From NCBI GenBank assembly GCA_963743305.1, contig CAVUPH010000018.1:32001-96000 (forward strand): 64,000 bases of DNA, written 5' to 3'. This document shows, in pieces, positions 50,179-60,160 of this stretch. Numbering within the stretch: position 1 is the first letter of the stretch; every line of letters begins with the position of its first letter. Source of the DNA: an uncultured delta proteobacterium. GTDB lineage: Bacteria; Desulfobacterota; RBG-13-43-22. The position numbers and the translations under genes were made by a program. Under the pieces are notes generated by a model that was given only the letters and a program-made list of their open reading frames with translations, did no database searches and was not told where the DNA came from.

Positions 50179-51261
50179 TTAGCACCCGACTATCAGAAAT
50201 TCATCAACCAGAGCCCGCTCGACATGGTTGTGTGTCCCGAAATGATACCGGTGAGGCTTCTTGTAAGTGATTACCTTTCCCTTATACTGATTCATAATGG
50301 ATTCAATCTCTTCCAAATTTGGAAAACCATTTGAACTATAGGACAAAACAATAATTGAATGCCTGAATTTATCAAAAAGGCGATTAAAAGCGTCTATTGC
50401 GGTTCGCCGATAGCTGAAAGGCGTATAGCGCTTCGTGATCTTCTTGACCTTCGTATTCTCCATAATTTCAAGTCCTCTCCAATAGCAGGAGAGTCCTTCC
50501 AGAAAGTGGTATCTCTTCACATAGCAATTATCGTCTGATCTTGGAACATAAGGCGGGTCAAGATAAACGAGATCTACGCCCTTCGGCGGTATGTCGAAAA
50601 CGTCTCTGTGATAAATTTCATTTTGCTTTCCATTGTCGAATATGAGGTGATTAAATACCTGTATCTGCTCGAGGAAATGCGCTTCGATGGATAGTCTCAT
50701 ATCGCGTCGGCCATCATCGTACCTGGAAGAGTTGCCCGAGACTGTAAACACGCCGCGGGGCTGCTTTTTGAGACAGGATCGCATCAATGCTGTACGGACG
50801 ATATTCTGCTGGTATTCATTACTCAATCGCTCAAGATTCCCGCAAATCCGGTCGAGAAACTTAAGATCTTCTATGTCGAAGAATATTCCAGCGAATTTTT
50901 GTTGAATAAAATCGGGGGATTTTATTCGAGTGGATAACAGACGGTTCAGAACTTTTGTATCGACCTGCTCTTTGCTATTTTCAATGGTAGCCTTTGCTAT
51001 CACTGTGGGGAAATTGAGAAAATCGGACCCGATGACTCTCTTTCCCATGCTTTTCAACAAATAGGCGACACATCCGCTGCCAAGAAACGGGTCAGCCGCG
51101 GAGTCAAAATCAAAAGATTTCAATACGCTGTAAATCCAAGGTAAAAGACGATTTTTCGAACCCATGTAGCGAAGTTCCGGATAAAACCCAGCTCTAGGAG
51201 GGAGTGGAAGATCATCATGAACTTCTGCAAAAAGTTTCTGCTGTGCTTCTGCGTAGCGCAT
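50179..51261 (-). CDS. N6-adenine DNA methyltransferase (Dam/D12-like)
   Basis: RYMGSK, DPFLGSG (motif I), YLDPPY (motif IV). Confidence 0.9.
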   Translation of the reverse strand: MRYAEAQQKLFAEVHDDLPLPPRAGFYPELRYMGSKNRLLPWIYSVLKSFDFDSAADPFLGSGCVAYLLKSMGKRVIGSDFLNFPTVIAKATIENSKEQVDTKVLNRLLSTRIKSPDFIQQKFAGIFFDIEDLKFLDRICGNLERLSNEYQQNIVRTALMRSCLKKQPRGVFTVSGNSSRYDDGRRDMRLSIEAHFLEQIQVFNHLIFDNGKQNEIYHRDVFDIPPKGVDLVYLDPPYVPRSDDNCYVKRYHFLEGLSCYWRGLEIMENTKVKKITKRYTPFSYRRTAIDAFNRLFDKFRHSIIVLSYSSNGFPNLEEIESIMNQYKGKVITYKKPHRYHFGTHNHVERALVDEFLIVGC

Positions 51262-51432
51262 TTAATCTCTGGGACCTCATTTTTTGATACGATGTCCTTT
51301 TCTTATGGCGCGTATCTTCCTTTTTTTCAACTATATTATTTAAGCGTTAAGGGAAGCGGGATGGGGAAAGTCAGTCTTCAGGCGCGAGGGCGGGGGAAAA
51401 AGGCCGGATGGAAGATAGAAGATAGAAGAGGG

Positions 51433-51596
51433 AAGATTGACGGAGGTCATCCCCGAAAAGCCTTCCGGCAGGGCCCTTCCTTTTTGCTAGGAAATCATAG
51501 GCTTAGTCGCTTCAAAGATTGACGGAGGTCATCCCCTAAAAGTCTTCAGGTAGGGACCCCCCCCGTTTTGCTTGGAAATCATAGGCTTAGTTGCTC
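51433..51596. repeat. Two imperfect tandem direct repeats of about 83 bp
   Basis: AAGATTGACGGAGGTCATCCCC..GGAAATCATAGGCTTAGT twice. Confidence 0.85.
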
Positions 51597-51714
51597 CGCG
51601 CCCGATCGGGGCGAGGCGAAATAGCAGGTCCGGCCCTCATTCTTTTTTTGGCCAAAAATGGAAAAATAGCCTTATAATAAAAAAGATTTTTCTGTTTTCC
51701 TAATTTTGACGACC

Positions 51715-51855
51715 TCGCAAAAAGTCCAAAACCCTGTCATTGCGACCCCGGACTTGATCCGGGGGAAGCAATCCCCACCATGGTAACTAGCTGATTCTTG
51801 GGGATTGCTTCGTCGCTTCACTCCTCGCAATGACAGCGCTGGGGACTTTTTGCGA
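51715..51855. repeat. Family A palindromic element
   Basis: Near-identical to 36174-36302. Confidence 0.85.
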
Positions 51856-51985
51856 AACCATCAATTTTTACTAACGCGTATCCGCAAATCCAAGGTTTCC
51901 GGAGAGAACTGGCAGCGATCGGGTGAAAGAGGACCCCTGGCCTCGGCCGGAAACTTAGGGGCATAACCGTGCCATTGGAGATAAT

Positions 51986-53671
51986 ATGAAAAAACGTTTG
52001 ACCAGAGAGCAACTATCGCAGGAACTGGGGAAAATGCGCCGGCAACTTCAGTCACTCGAAAGGTGCGGTTGGGAAAGGGAGGCCATCCAGGGCAAATACG
52101 ACAAACTCCTGGAATCGGCCCCGGACGCCATGTTCTTCGTCGATCGAGAGGCCCGGATTCTTCTCACCAATGCCCAGGCGGAGAAATTGCTCGGATACCC
52201 CGCGGAAGAGTTGATCGGGAAAGACCTGCACTTTCTGATTCCGGAAAGATATCGCCTCACCCATAGAAAGAATCTGGCCGACTACTTTTCGCAGCCCGTT
52301 GTTCGAAATATGGGAAGCGGCCTGAATATCTATGGACTCCGAAAAGACGGGACCGAATTCCCGGCGGACATCAGCCTCAGCCCGATCGAGGCGAACGGGG
52401 AATTGCTGGTCATTGCCTCGGTCAGAGACGTCACGGAACGCAAGCAGGCGGAAATGCAGATTGAGCGGAATTACCGGATCCAGACGGCGATCAGCTCCGT
52501 ACTCAAGATTTCCTTGGAGCCGATTTCCCTGGAAGAGCAGTTGAACAGAGTACTGGACCTGATTTTGATGATCCCCGGCCTTTCCTCCCAACGCCAGGGA
52601 ACCATCTATGTGGTCGAAAACGAAGCGGAGGTCCTGGTTTTAAAGGCCTGGCGGAGCCTTCCTGAAATGCCCCCTCCCAGCGCCAGGATCTCCTTCAGCC
52701 AATGCCTTTGCGGGAAAGATATCTCAACCTGTACGTCGGCCCTTACGGAGCGTTGGGATGGAAAACAGGAAATTCAACGGCCCGCCGAATTTCCGCAGGG
52801 CTATTATTGCCTGCCCATTGCCTTAGCCGGACAGACGCTGGGACTGATCATCATCTTCATCGAAGAAGGCCACGAAAAAACGTTGGAGGAAGAAAGGTTC
52901 CTGACCGCCGTGGCCGACACCCTGGCAGCCGTGATGATGCGTCAGCAGGCCGAAAGGGAGAAAAGCCGGCTTAAGGAAGAATTGGCCGAGGCGGAGAAAA
53001 AAGCGGCCCTCGGAAGAATAACCGCCAGTTTGGCCGACAAAATCAGAAACCCCCTGACCGCCGTCGGAGGGTTCGCCAGGAGACTCGACAAAAAGATTCC
53101 CGAAGGGTCTAAAGAAAAGGAGTATACGAAATTTATTCTGGCCGAGGTCGGCCGCCTGGAAAACATATTGCGAAACGTCCTTTCTTTGTCCTGGGGCCCG
53201 GCCGCCCGCCCGGAGAGGTGCGACCTGAAAGAAATTGTCCGGGAAGCCCTGGAGATTTTCGAGGAGCTGTGTAAAGAACGCTCCATATCCCTGGAGCGGT
53301 CCTTGGAAGACGTGCCGCCCATCGAGGGGGAAAGAGAGTTGTTCCTGGTGACGGTCGAGAATCTGATTTTCAATGCCATCGATGCGATGCCTAACGGAGG
53401 CCGGCTATCTGTGGCTACGGGTACAGCGACGGTCAACGGGACGGCCTATGCGACGGTCAAGGTCAGCGATACCGGGGAAGGGATAAAGAAAGAAGATCTG
53501 GACAGGATTTTTGAACCCTTTTTTACGACCAGGGTCTCCGCTAAAAGGATCGGACTGGGTCTTTCCGTTGCCAAGAGGGTCCTGGAGGATCACCAGGGGT
53601 GGATCCAGGTGGAAAGCACGGTCGGCTCGGGCGCCCGCTTTGTTCTCTACTTCCCTCACGCGGCGGAGTAG
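51986..53671 (+). CDS. PAS-GAF histidine-kinase-like protein lacking the H-box His
   Basis: PAS (ESAPDA, RKDGTEFP), GAF, ADKIRNPL, NAIDAM, DTGEGI, GLGL. Confidence 0.85.
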   Translation: MKKRLTREQLSQELGKMRRQLQSLERCGWEREAIQGKYDKLLESAPDAMFFVDREARILLTNAQAEKLLGYPAEELIGKDLHFLIPERYRLTHRKNLADYFSQPVVRNMGSGLNIYGLRKDGTEFPADISLSPIEANGELLVIASVRDVTERKQAEMQIERNYRIQTAISSVLKISLEPISLEEQLNRVLDLILMIPGLSSQRQGTIYVVENEAEVLVLKAWRSLPEMPPPSARISFSQCLCGKDISTCTSALTERWDGKQEIQRPAEFPQGYYCLPIALAGQTLGLIIIFIEEGHEKTLEEERFLTAVADTLAAVMMRQQAEREKSRLKEELAEAEKKAALGRITASLADKIRNPLTAVGGFARRLDKKIPEGSKEKEYTKFILAEVGRLENILRNVLSLSWGPAARPERCDLKEIVREALEIFEELCKERSISLERSLEDVPPIEGERELFLVTVENLIFNAIDAMPNGGRLSVATGTATVNGTAYATVKVSDTGEGIKKEDLDRIFEPFFTTRVSAKRIGLGLSVAKRVLEDHQGWIQVESTVGSGARFVLYFPHAAE

Positions 53672-53724
53672 TCCGATAAGCAGGCGTCTAGAGGGTCAAA
53701 CCCTGAGTCGGACGCCTGCTGCGC

Positions 53725-54498
53725 TTATTCCGGCGAGTTGTAATTTTGGTAGTTGTAGGGGTTATCGAATCCAATTCTTTGATACACCGGCTTCCCCAGG
53801 GCAGAGGCCTGCAGGCTGGCAAAAGTACAGCCCTTGTTCCTCCCGGCTACCAGAGATTGGACGGTTATGGCCTTTCCAAAACCCTGGTTTCTGAATTGAT
53901 CCAGAGTGGCGACCCAATAGATCCCCGCCACCGGTCCGGTTTTAATCAACATCGAAGTGCAGGCCGGCTGGTTGTCGGCGTACCCGACGAACAGTTCCGC
54001 ATCCGGCAGCTTCAATAATCGCTCGGTGACCACGAAGGGGCCGGAACCCGCGGGAAGAGAATAACTTTTTTCGATGACTTCCTGAGCCTGGGCTAATTCC
54101 TCGGGACTCGAAATCCGCCGGATATCCAAATCCTTCTGGAAGACGTTTTTATCCGGCAGGTCCAACAGGGTCATGACCGTTTCGGAGGGAGCCTCCTGAT
54201 AGCCTCTTTGAGACAACAGAGGGATAAAGTCTTTTTCCAGACCGAATCTGAACGAGATACGGAAAGGCAGTTTCCCTGGTTCAAAAAACTGCTCGCCTTT
54301 TTTTATTAGCTTCTCCGGGTTCGACGTCTTCTCCTTCACGAAGAGGACATTAAACCGCCTGTTTGGAAAACCGCTGTTGAAGATGGTGAATTTGTAGCTA
54401 TTAAAGAATTCACCGGCGACGGTATTGGAGAGTAACAGCCCCATACAGGAAACATAATTATAATCGACTAAATCCTGCCGGGCTCTATCCAAATCCAT
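53725..54498 (-). CDS. GNAT acetyltransferase
   Basis: VATLDQFRNQGFGK, LQAS..GKPVYQRIGF. Confidence 0.85.
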   Translation of the reverse strand: MDLDRARQDLVDYNYVSCMGLLLSNTVAGEFFNSYKFTIFNSGFPNRRFNVLFVKEKTSNPEKLIKKGEQFFEPGKLPFRISFRFGLEKDFIPLLSQRGYQEAPSETVMTLLDLPDKNVFQKDLDIRRISSPEELAQAQEVIEKSYSLPAGSGPFVVTERLLKLPDAELFVGYADNQPACTSMLIKTGPVAGIYWVATLDQFRNQGFGKAITVQSLVAGRNKGCTFASLQASALGKPVYQRIGFDNPYNYQNYNSPE

Positions 54499-54522
54499 GG
54501 TGTGCCTCCCGTTTCTCGATTT

Positions 54523-54861
54523 CTAATAAAGCAGCTCACCGGTTTCCCTGAGCTTGTCGAGCCAGAGTTGCTTAAGCACCCGAAGATCTTCCGTTGCGTC
54601 ATAGTCCGAATCATTCGTGGGCGCAAGTTGGTCCAAGGCTTCGAAGGTAAAAGCGTCAGACCCGAATTCGGCCCAGTCCTTCCGCAGTTCCTGGTTCGGG
54701 TGTGAACCGTGCTCTAGCTGAAAACGAAGTCGATTAAGCATTCCCGGAAGATTCGGGCTCGATCCGATAAGCGATTTCATCCGGATATTGTTGCGGACTC
54801 GGTACACCCCCGCTGGAAGGGGGGTCTCTCTATAGGTACGAATAATTTCTTTACGATCCAA
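54523..54861 (-). CDS. Small GIY-YIG-like protein
   Basis: AGVYRVRN..LIGSS..HPNQELRKDW..FTFE. Confidence 0.7.
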   Translation of the reverse strand: MDRKEIIRTYRETPLPAGVYRVRNNIRMKSLIGSSPNLPGMLNRLRFQLEHGSHPNQELRKDWAEFGSDAFTFEALDQLAPTNDSDYDATEDLRVLKQLWLDKLRETGELLY

Positions 54862-54977
54862 GACGCTTACTCCTGGTTAAGGTTTCTGTGGGGCTTTTCA
54901 TGCGGCGTTGACTCGTGGTAGGCAGCTTCCGCGGCAGGAAAACTATGCCCAGCGCCTGATCCACCAAGGCTCTTTTC

Positions 54978-55241
54978 CTACTCAAAGTGCGTCCACATCC
55001 GGATGACCTTCACGGTCTTGATGTCTTCTAAAACCTGATATACCAGGCGGTGCTGGATGTTGATTCGCCGGGAATAGGAACCGAAGAGATCACCTTTGAG
55101 CTTTTCATAAGGAGGAGGGTCCTGATAGGGGCTTTCCCGAAGGAGTTCCAACAACCGGGAGGCTGTCGGCTTAAGTCCTGATCGGGCTATCTTCTTGGCG
55201 TCCTTTTGAGCCTGCTTGGTAAAAACCAGGCGCCAGCTCAC
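54978..55241 (-). CDS. yoeB: Txe/YoeB toxin
   Basis: PPYEKLKGDL..SRRINIQHRLVY..MWTH; GTGA overlap with antitoxin. Confidence 0.92.
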   Translation of the reverse strand: MSWRLVFTKQAQKDAKKIARSGLKPTASRLLELLRESPYQDPPPYEKLKGDLFGSYSRRINIQHRLVYQVLEDIKTVKVIRMWTHFE

Positions 55242-55480
55242 CAACCCGGTTCCTCCGCACACTTATCGACAGGGGTCAGCAAGCCCTTCTTGATGGACTC
55301 GCGCATTCCCGGTAAGGAAGTGAGATACAGCGTCTCTTCAATGGCCCGCCAATCTTCCTCGGAAACAAGTACCGCAGTACTCCTCTTGCCCACAATCTGA
55401 ACCGGAACGTGACTTTCCTTCACTTCGTCAACCAAGTTGTAGAGCCGTTTTCTGGCTTCAGATGCCGATAATATGGTCAT
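55238..55480 (-). CDS. yefM: Phd/YefM antitoxin
   Basis: SASEARKRLY..AVLVSEEDWRAIEETLYL. Confidence 0.92.
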   Translation of the reverse strand: MTILSASEARKRLYNLVDEVKESHVPVQIVGKRSTAVLVSEEDWRAIEETLYLTSLPGMRESIKKGLLTPVDKCAEEPGW

Positions 55481-55499
55481 TCCGGGCGAACCTCCTAAT

Positions 55500-55538
55500 C
55501 GTACCATATATGGTACGGCACAGCGGGGGAAATGTCAA
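55500..55538 (-). promoter_or_regulatory. yefM-yoeB promoter/operator
   Basis: TTGACA-17-TACCAT overlapped by perfect palindrome CGTACCATATATGGTACG. Confidence 0.75.
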
Positions 55539-55682
55539 GTCAGTTTATAAGGATTTAAAGAAGATTCAAAGGCAAGAAAGGCAATCCTTCGGACGATTGG
55601 TTTCCAACCTCCTGGCCCAGGCCCTGGGGTAGCGTCAATCGGCCAAAAATTCGATCCAGCCGACAGGGATCCTTTTAGCCGA

Positions 55683-57776
55683 TCAGCTTAGGATAATGCT
55701 GGCGTCCACGGCGATCGGCTTTCCTTGGACGATCAGCAGCGGATTGACGTCGATCTCCCGGATCGCCTCCACCCGGCAGGCCAGTTCACCCAGACGGATC
55801 AGCCAGTCGGCCAGGAGGTTCAGATCCACCGGGGGTATCCCGCGAAAGCCTTCCAGCAGTGCCCGGCCCCGCAATTCCGAAACCATGGGCTCCACTTCCA
55901 GCCGTGTAACCGGGGCCAGTCGAAAGACCACATCCCGATAAACCTCGGCCCGGACGCCGCCCAGGCCCAGCATGACCGCCGGACCGAACTGAGGATCCCG
56001 GACGACGCCGACGATCAATTCCAGGTCGCCTTTCAATTGCGGTTGGACAATAAAAGCCGTAGGCGGGTTAGGCCGGTCGGCCATTTCCTCCAAAGCGCTT
56101 TGCAGCGCTTCCGGGGTGTAGAGATCCAGGCGGACCAGGCCGGCCTCGGTCTTATGGACCAGGCCGGGCGAGCGGCCCTTGAGAACCACCGGGTAGCCGA
56201 AGGTCCGGGCCGCTTGCCGGGCGGCTGAAAGGTCCTCGACGGGAATTTCCGGCACGGTGGCCAATCCCAGCTCCTGCAGCAAATTTTTGGAATCCCTTTC
56301 ATCCAGGACGGTTCCCCGGAACGCTTCCACTTTTCTCTTGATGGAGGGAAACACTTCGGCGTCCACTTCGCGGGCCAGGACCGGCGCCGCTTCCCGGACT
56401 TTACTGAATTTGAAAATCCCGGCCAGGACCTTGACCACCCGCTGAATTTCATTGAAAACCGGAAAACCCCTTTTCTCGACCGACAGGCGGGTGGGATGGA
56501 ACCCTTTCTCGTGGCCCATGACCCAGAAGAGCACCGGCTTGCGGGTTTCCGGAAGATCGGCCAGTATTTTTTCCATGTCGAGGAACCAGACGCCGAACCC
56601 GGCGAAGAGATGCACAATGATTCCGTCCACCCCAGGGTCCTCCAAGAGGGCGGCCAGCCCTTCCCGGTAGGTGATCTCCGGGCCGTGTTTTTCCATGGCC
56701 GGCCAGAAATCCACCGGGTTGCTGACCGGCATCCAAGGCGGGGACAATGCTTCCAGCCGCTGTTTGGTTTGCGGGGCCAGATCGGCCAGCGTCAACCCGG
56801 AGGCTTCGAGGTGATCGGTGGTTACGATCCCGGCCGCCCCGCTGAAAGTAAAAACCGCCACCCGGGGTTTCCCTTCCTTCGGGCGAGACGTTTCAAAATC
56901 CATTTCCAGGGTCCGGGCCAGATCCACCAGCTCAAAAAAATCATCGGCTTGATAAACCCCGGCCTGGTCCAGGGCGCCTCGAATCAGTTCAAAGTTTCCG
57001 GCCAGTGACGCCGTGTGGGAGGCGGCCGCCCGGGCGCCGGCAGCGCTTTTCCCCCCTTTGAGCACCACGATGGGCTTTTTTCTCCGGGCGGCCAGTTCGA
57101 AAAATCGCCGTCCCCGGGGAAAGGACTCGACGTACAGGGCAATGACCCGGGTGTCGTCATCCTCCAGAAAATACTCCAGCAGATCGGTTTCATCGACGTC
57201 GCTTTTATTCCCGATGGAACAGGCCTTGGCCAGACGCAGGGTTTTGTGGCTCATGAGGGTGGTCATGAAACCGCCGGCCAACAGACCGCTCTGGACGATC
57301 AGGGAGACCCCCCCGGGATTTAAGTTATCTTCCCAGGCCTCAGGGGTGATGAAGGAAAAGACGTATCTTTTCCGGATGTCGATCAGGCCCATGCAGTTGG
57401 GGCCCCAAAGCCGTATCCCGCCCCGGCGGGCGATCTCCAGACAGCGTTCCTGCAGTGCGCGGCCTTCGGGTCCCACTTCGGCGAAACCGCCGGATTCGAT
57501 GATGGCTCCCTTGACGCCCCGGGCCGCGCATTCCTCCAGGATCTGCGGAACTCCGGGGGCCGGGATAAAAATCAGGGCCAGCTCCACCGGGTTCGGGACG
57601 TCGGAAATCGAGGGATAACAGGTCAGCCCGAGAATCTCGGGATAGCGGGGATTAACCGGATAAATCGGGCCGTCGTAGCCCAAGGTCAAGTTGCTGAGCA
57701 GGTTATACCCGCCGGTATGGATTTTAGGGGTGGCGCCGACCAGGGCGATCCCTTGGGGTTCAAAGAAAGATTTCAT
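55683..57776 (-). CDS. ADP-forming acyl-CoA synthetase (acetate--CoA ligase family, fused alpha/beta)
   Basis: GGFAE, GPNCMG, QSG, SHTASLAG, YPVVLK, HKTE, IDVNP. Confidence 0.92.
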   Translation of the reverse strand: MKSFFEPQGIALVGATPKIHTGGYNLLSNLTLGYDGPIYPVNPRYPEILGLTCYPSISDVPNPVELALIFIPAPGVPQILEECAARGVKGAIIESGGFAEVGPEGRALQERCLEIARRGGIRLWGPNCMGLIDIRKRYVFSFITPEAWEDNLNPGGVSLIVQSGLLAGGFMTTLMSHKTLRLAKACSIGNKSDVDETDLLEYFLEDDDTRVIALYVESFPRGRRFFELAARRKKPIVVLKGGKSAAGARAAASHTASLAGNFELIRGALDQAGVYQADDFFELVDLARTLEMDFETSRPKEGKPRVAVFTFSGAAGIVTTDHLEASGLTLADLAPQTKQRLEALSPPWMPVSNPVDFWPAMEKHGPEITYREGLAALLEDPGVDGIIVHLFAGFGVWFLDMEKILADLPETRKPVLFWVMGHEKGFHPTRLSVEKRGFPVFNEIQRVVKVLAGIFKFSKVREAAPVLAREVDAEVFPSIKRKVEAFRGTVLDERDSKNLLQELGLATVPEIPVEDLSAARQAARTFGYPVVLKGRSPGLVHKTEAGLVRLDLYTPEALQSALEEMADRPNPPTAFIVQPQLKGDLELIVGVVRDPQFGPAVMLGLGGVRAEVYRDVVFRLAPVTRLEVEPMVSELRGRALLEGFRGIPPVDLNLLADWLIRLGELACRVEAIREIDVNPLLIVQGKPIAVDASIILS

Positions 57777-58020
57777 AAAAGGCCTTTCGCGGTTCCTGAT
57801 TTTAAAACAGACCTGGTATAGCACATAAGTCAGAGGTTGGATAGTCCTAGCATCCACCGGCTGCCTTGACTTCCCCCCCCTATTTAGTTATAAATAGAAA
57901 TACTCATCGTTCGCAACTGAATTCAAAATCCACCGACCCTATTGACTCCCATAGAAACGGATAAACCTCTATGGTTGTTGGTTGTCCCGAATCGATCCAC
58001 TCAATATTCGAGGAGCTATC

Positions 58021-59286
58021 ATGTATATCTCCGCCTTAAGACCCTACGCCTTGAAACGGTTGGAGGAAATCGAAAAAGCCGATATTCTGGTCGGGATTCC
58101 CTCCTTCAACAATGAAAAAACGATCGCCCAGGTGGTCCAGATGGTCTCCCACGGCCTGAATAAATACTTCCGAGACCAAAAAAGCGTCATCATGATCGCC
58201 GACGGCGGATCGACGGATGATACCCGGGAGGTGGTAAAAGAATTTGAGTTGAAGCCCTGGCAGGAAAAATTGCTGATCATTTACCGGGGGCCCGGCGGTA
58301 AAGGTACGGCTTTTCGCTCTATTTTCGAGGCGGTGGAGAAGCTGAAGGTCAAGGCCTGCATGGTGGTGGACTCGGATATTCGCAGCATCACTTCGGACTG
58401 GGTGAGTTACCTGCTGAGTCCGGTGCTGGAACAGGGCTACCAGTACGTCACCCCCATCTACAATCGCCATAAATATGATGGCACCATCACTAACAATATT
58501 GTCTATAACCTGACCCGGGCGCTATACGGGAAGCGTATCCGGCAGCCGATCGGCGGAGACTTCGCATTTTCCGCCGAGGTGGCGGCCCATTTTCTCGGCC
58601 AGCCGGTTTGGGATACGGAGATCGCCCGCTTCGGCATCGACATCTGGATGACCGTAGAAGCCATTATCGGAAACTTTAAAATCACCCAGGCCAATCTGGG
58701 GGTCAAGATCCACGACGCCAAAGATCCGGCCACACACCTGGCCCCCATGTTCCGGCAGGTGGTTTGGACGTTTTTTCATCTGATGGAACAGTATGAATCC
58801 TATTGGCTGAAGGTGAAGGAAAGCCAGCCCCTGGAAGTCTTGGGCGCCTGCGCCATGGGTGAACCGGAACCGATCAAGGTCGACCTGGAGGCCTTGGTTT
58901 ATAAATTCAAAGTGGGGTTCAAACAATTCGGGGTTTTTTGGAAGGATATTCTGGATTCCGGAAGCTACAATACTTTGAAAAAGGCCTCCAAAATGGAAAC
59001 GCAGCATTTTTCTCTGCCCATTGAGGCCTGGGTTAAAATTCTGTACGAACTGGCCGCCACCTTTCATTACTGGCCTATCAACCGCAACAAGCTGATCGAC
59101 CTGATGACCCCTCTCTATCACGCCCGCGTCGCTTCTTTCGTTCGGGAGAGTTGGGATATGGATTCGAATGCCGCCGAGGCCCTGGTGGAAAAACAGGCCG
59201 AGGCCTTTGAGGCCAATAAAAAATATCTGATCGAGGTCTGGCAGAAAAAAAGGAAGATCTTTCAACGCTTGAGCGAGAAACTCTGA
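58021..59286 (+). CDS. GT2 glycosyltransferase, single-step glucosyl/mannosylglycerate synthase-like
   Basis: GIPSFNNE, DGGSTDDT, GKG, VDSD, RQPIGGDF, FGIDIWMT. Confidence 0.75.
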   Translation: MYISALRPYALKRLEEIEKADILVGIPSFNNEKTIAQVVQMVSHGLNKYFRDQKSVIMIADGGSTDDTREVVKEFELKPWQEKLLIIYRGPGGKGTAFRSIFEAVEKLKVKACMVVDSDIRSITSDWVSYLLSPVLEQGYQYVTPIYNRHKYDGTITNNIVYNLTRALYGKRIRQPIGGDFAFSAEVAAHFLGQPVWDTEIARFGIDIWMTVEAIIGNFKITQANLGVKIHDAKDPATHLAPMFRQVVWTFFHLMEQYESYWLKVKESQPLEVLGACAMGEPEPIKVDLEALVYKFKVGFKQFGVFWKDILDSGSYNTLKKASKMETQHFSLPIEAWVKILYELAATFHYWPINRNKLIDLMTPLYHARVASFVRESWDMDSNAAEALVEKQAEAFEANKKYLIEVWQKKRKIFQRLSEKL

Positions 59287-59287
59287 G

Positions 59288-60160
59288 TTGGCAAAGACCC
59301 CGACCATTCGAAATCGGAACATCAGGGCCGCAATTAAAAACACGGTGGTTGTTTTCACCGACCTGGACGGGACCCTTTTAGATCACCAAACCTACGGGTT
59401 TGAACCGGCCCGCCCGGCTCTGGAGATAATCAAGGAAAAGAAAATTCCCCTGATCCTTTGTTCCAGCAAGACCCGGGCGGAGATGGAAGGGTACCGGCAA
59501 AAGCTGGGGATCACCGGCCCGTTCATCGTGGAGAACGGGGCGGCTATTTTTATTCCCCCGGAGAGTTTGAAAATGGAAGGCGCCTTATTCCGGGAAGCCC
59601 ACGGCTTTCAAGTCGTGGAGTTTGGTCTCCCCTACGGGCAACTCGTCCGGTCCCTGCAGGAACTCCGGGAGGAAACCGGTCTAAAACTGATCGGCTTTTC
59701 CGACATGTCCGTAGAGGAGGTCGAACAGGTCACCGGGCTGGGTCGGGACTTAGCCGAACAGTCCAAGCAGCGGGAGTATTCAGAGCCTTTTCTTTTGGCC
59801 GACGAAGGCGCGCCCGTCTCTTTGTTGATGCGGGCGGTGAAGCGACGCCGATTAAACCTGGCCCAGGGAGGGAGATTCTTCCATTTGACGGGCGACCATG
59901 ACAAGGGTCGGGCTGTTCGCTATCTGACCACGCTTTATGGGAAAGAGATCCCGGACCTGATCACGATCGGGTTGGGGGACAGTCCCAATGATAGGGCGCT
60001 GCTGGAAAATGTGGATCTGCCGGTGCTGGTTAAAAAACCATTCGGCGGGCATGAAGTCTGGCACGGTGAAAAGGAGGTCCTTTATACCCAGGGCGTGGGA
60101 CCGGAAGGATGGAACGAAGCCATACTAACCCTGTTGAATAAGGAGGGTCGGCATGAGTGA
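59288..60160 (+). CDS. Mannosyl/glucosyl-3-phosphoglycerate phosphatase (HAD IIB)
   Basis: FTDLDGTLLD, SSKTRAE, REYSEP, GGRF, GDSPND, GPEGW. Confidence 0.88.
   Translation: MAKTPTIRNRNIRAAIKNTVVVFTDLDGTLLDHQTYGFEPARPALEIIKEKKIPLILCSSKTRAEMEGYRQKLGITGPFIVENGAAIFIPPESLKMEGALFREAHGFQVVEFGLPYGQLVRSLQELREETGLKLIGFSDMSVEEVEQVTGLGRDLAEQSKQREYSEPFLLADEGAPVSLLMRAVKRRRLNLAQGGRFFHLTGDHDKGRAVRYLTTLYGKEIPDLITIGLGDSPNDRALLENVDLPVLVKKPFGGHEVWHGEKEVLYTQGVGPEGWNEAILTLLNKEGRHE

Noticed and set aside
51262-51985. Integron integrase or attI upstream of the R-M pair
   Set aside because: No tyrosine-recombinase ORF and no clear attI core visible
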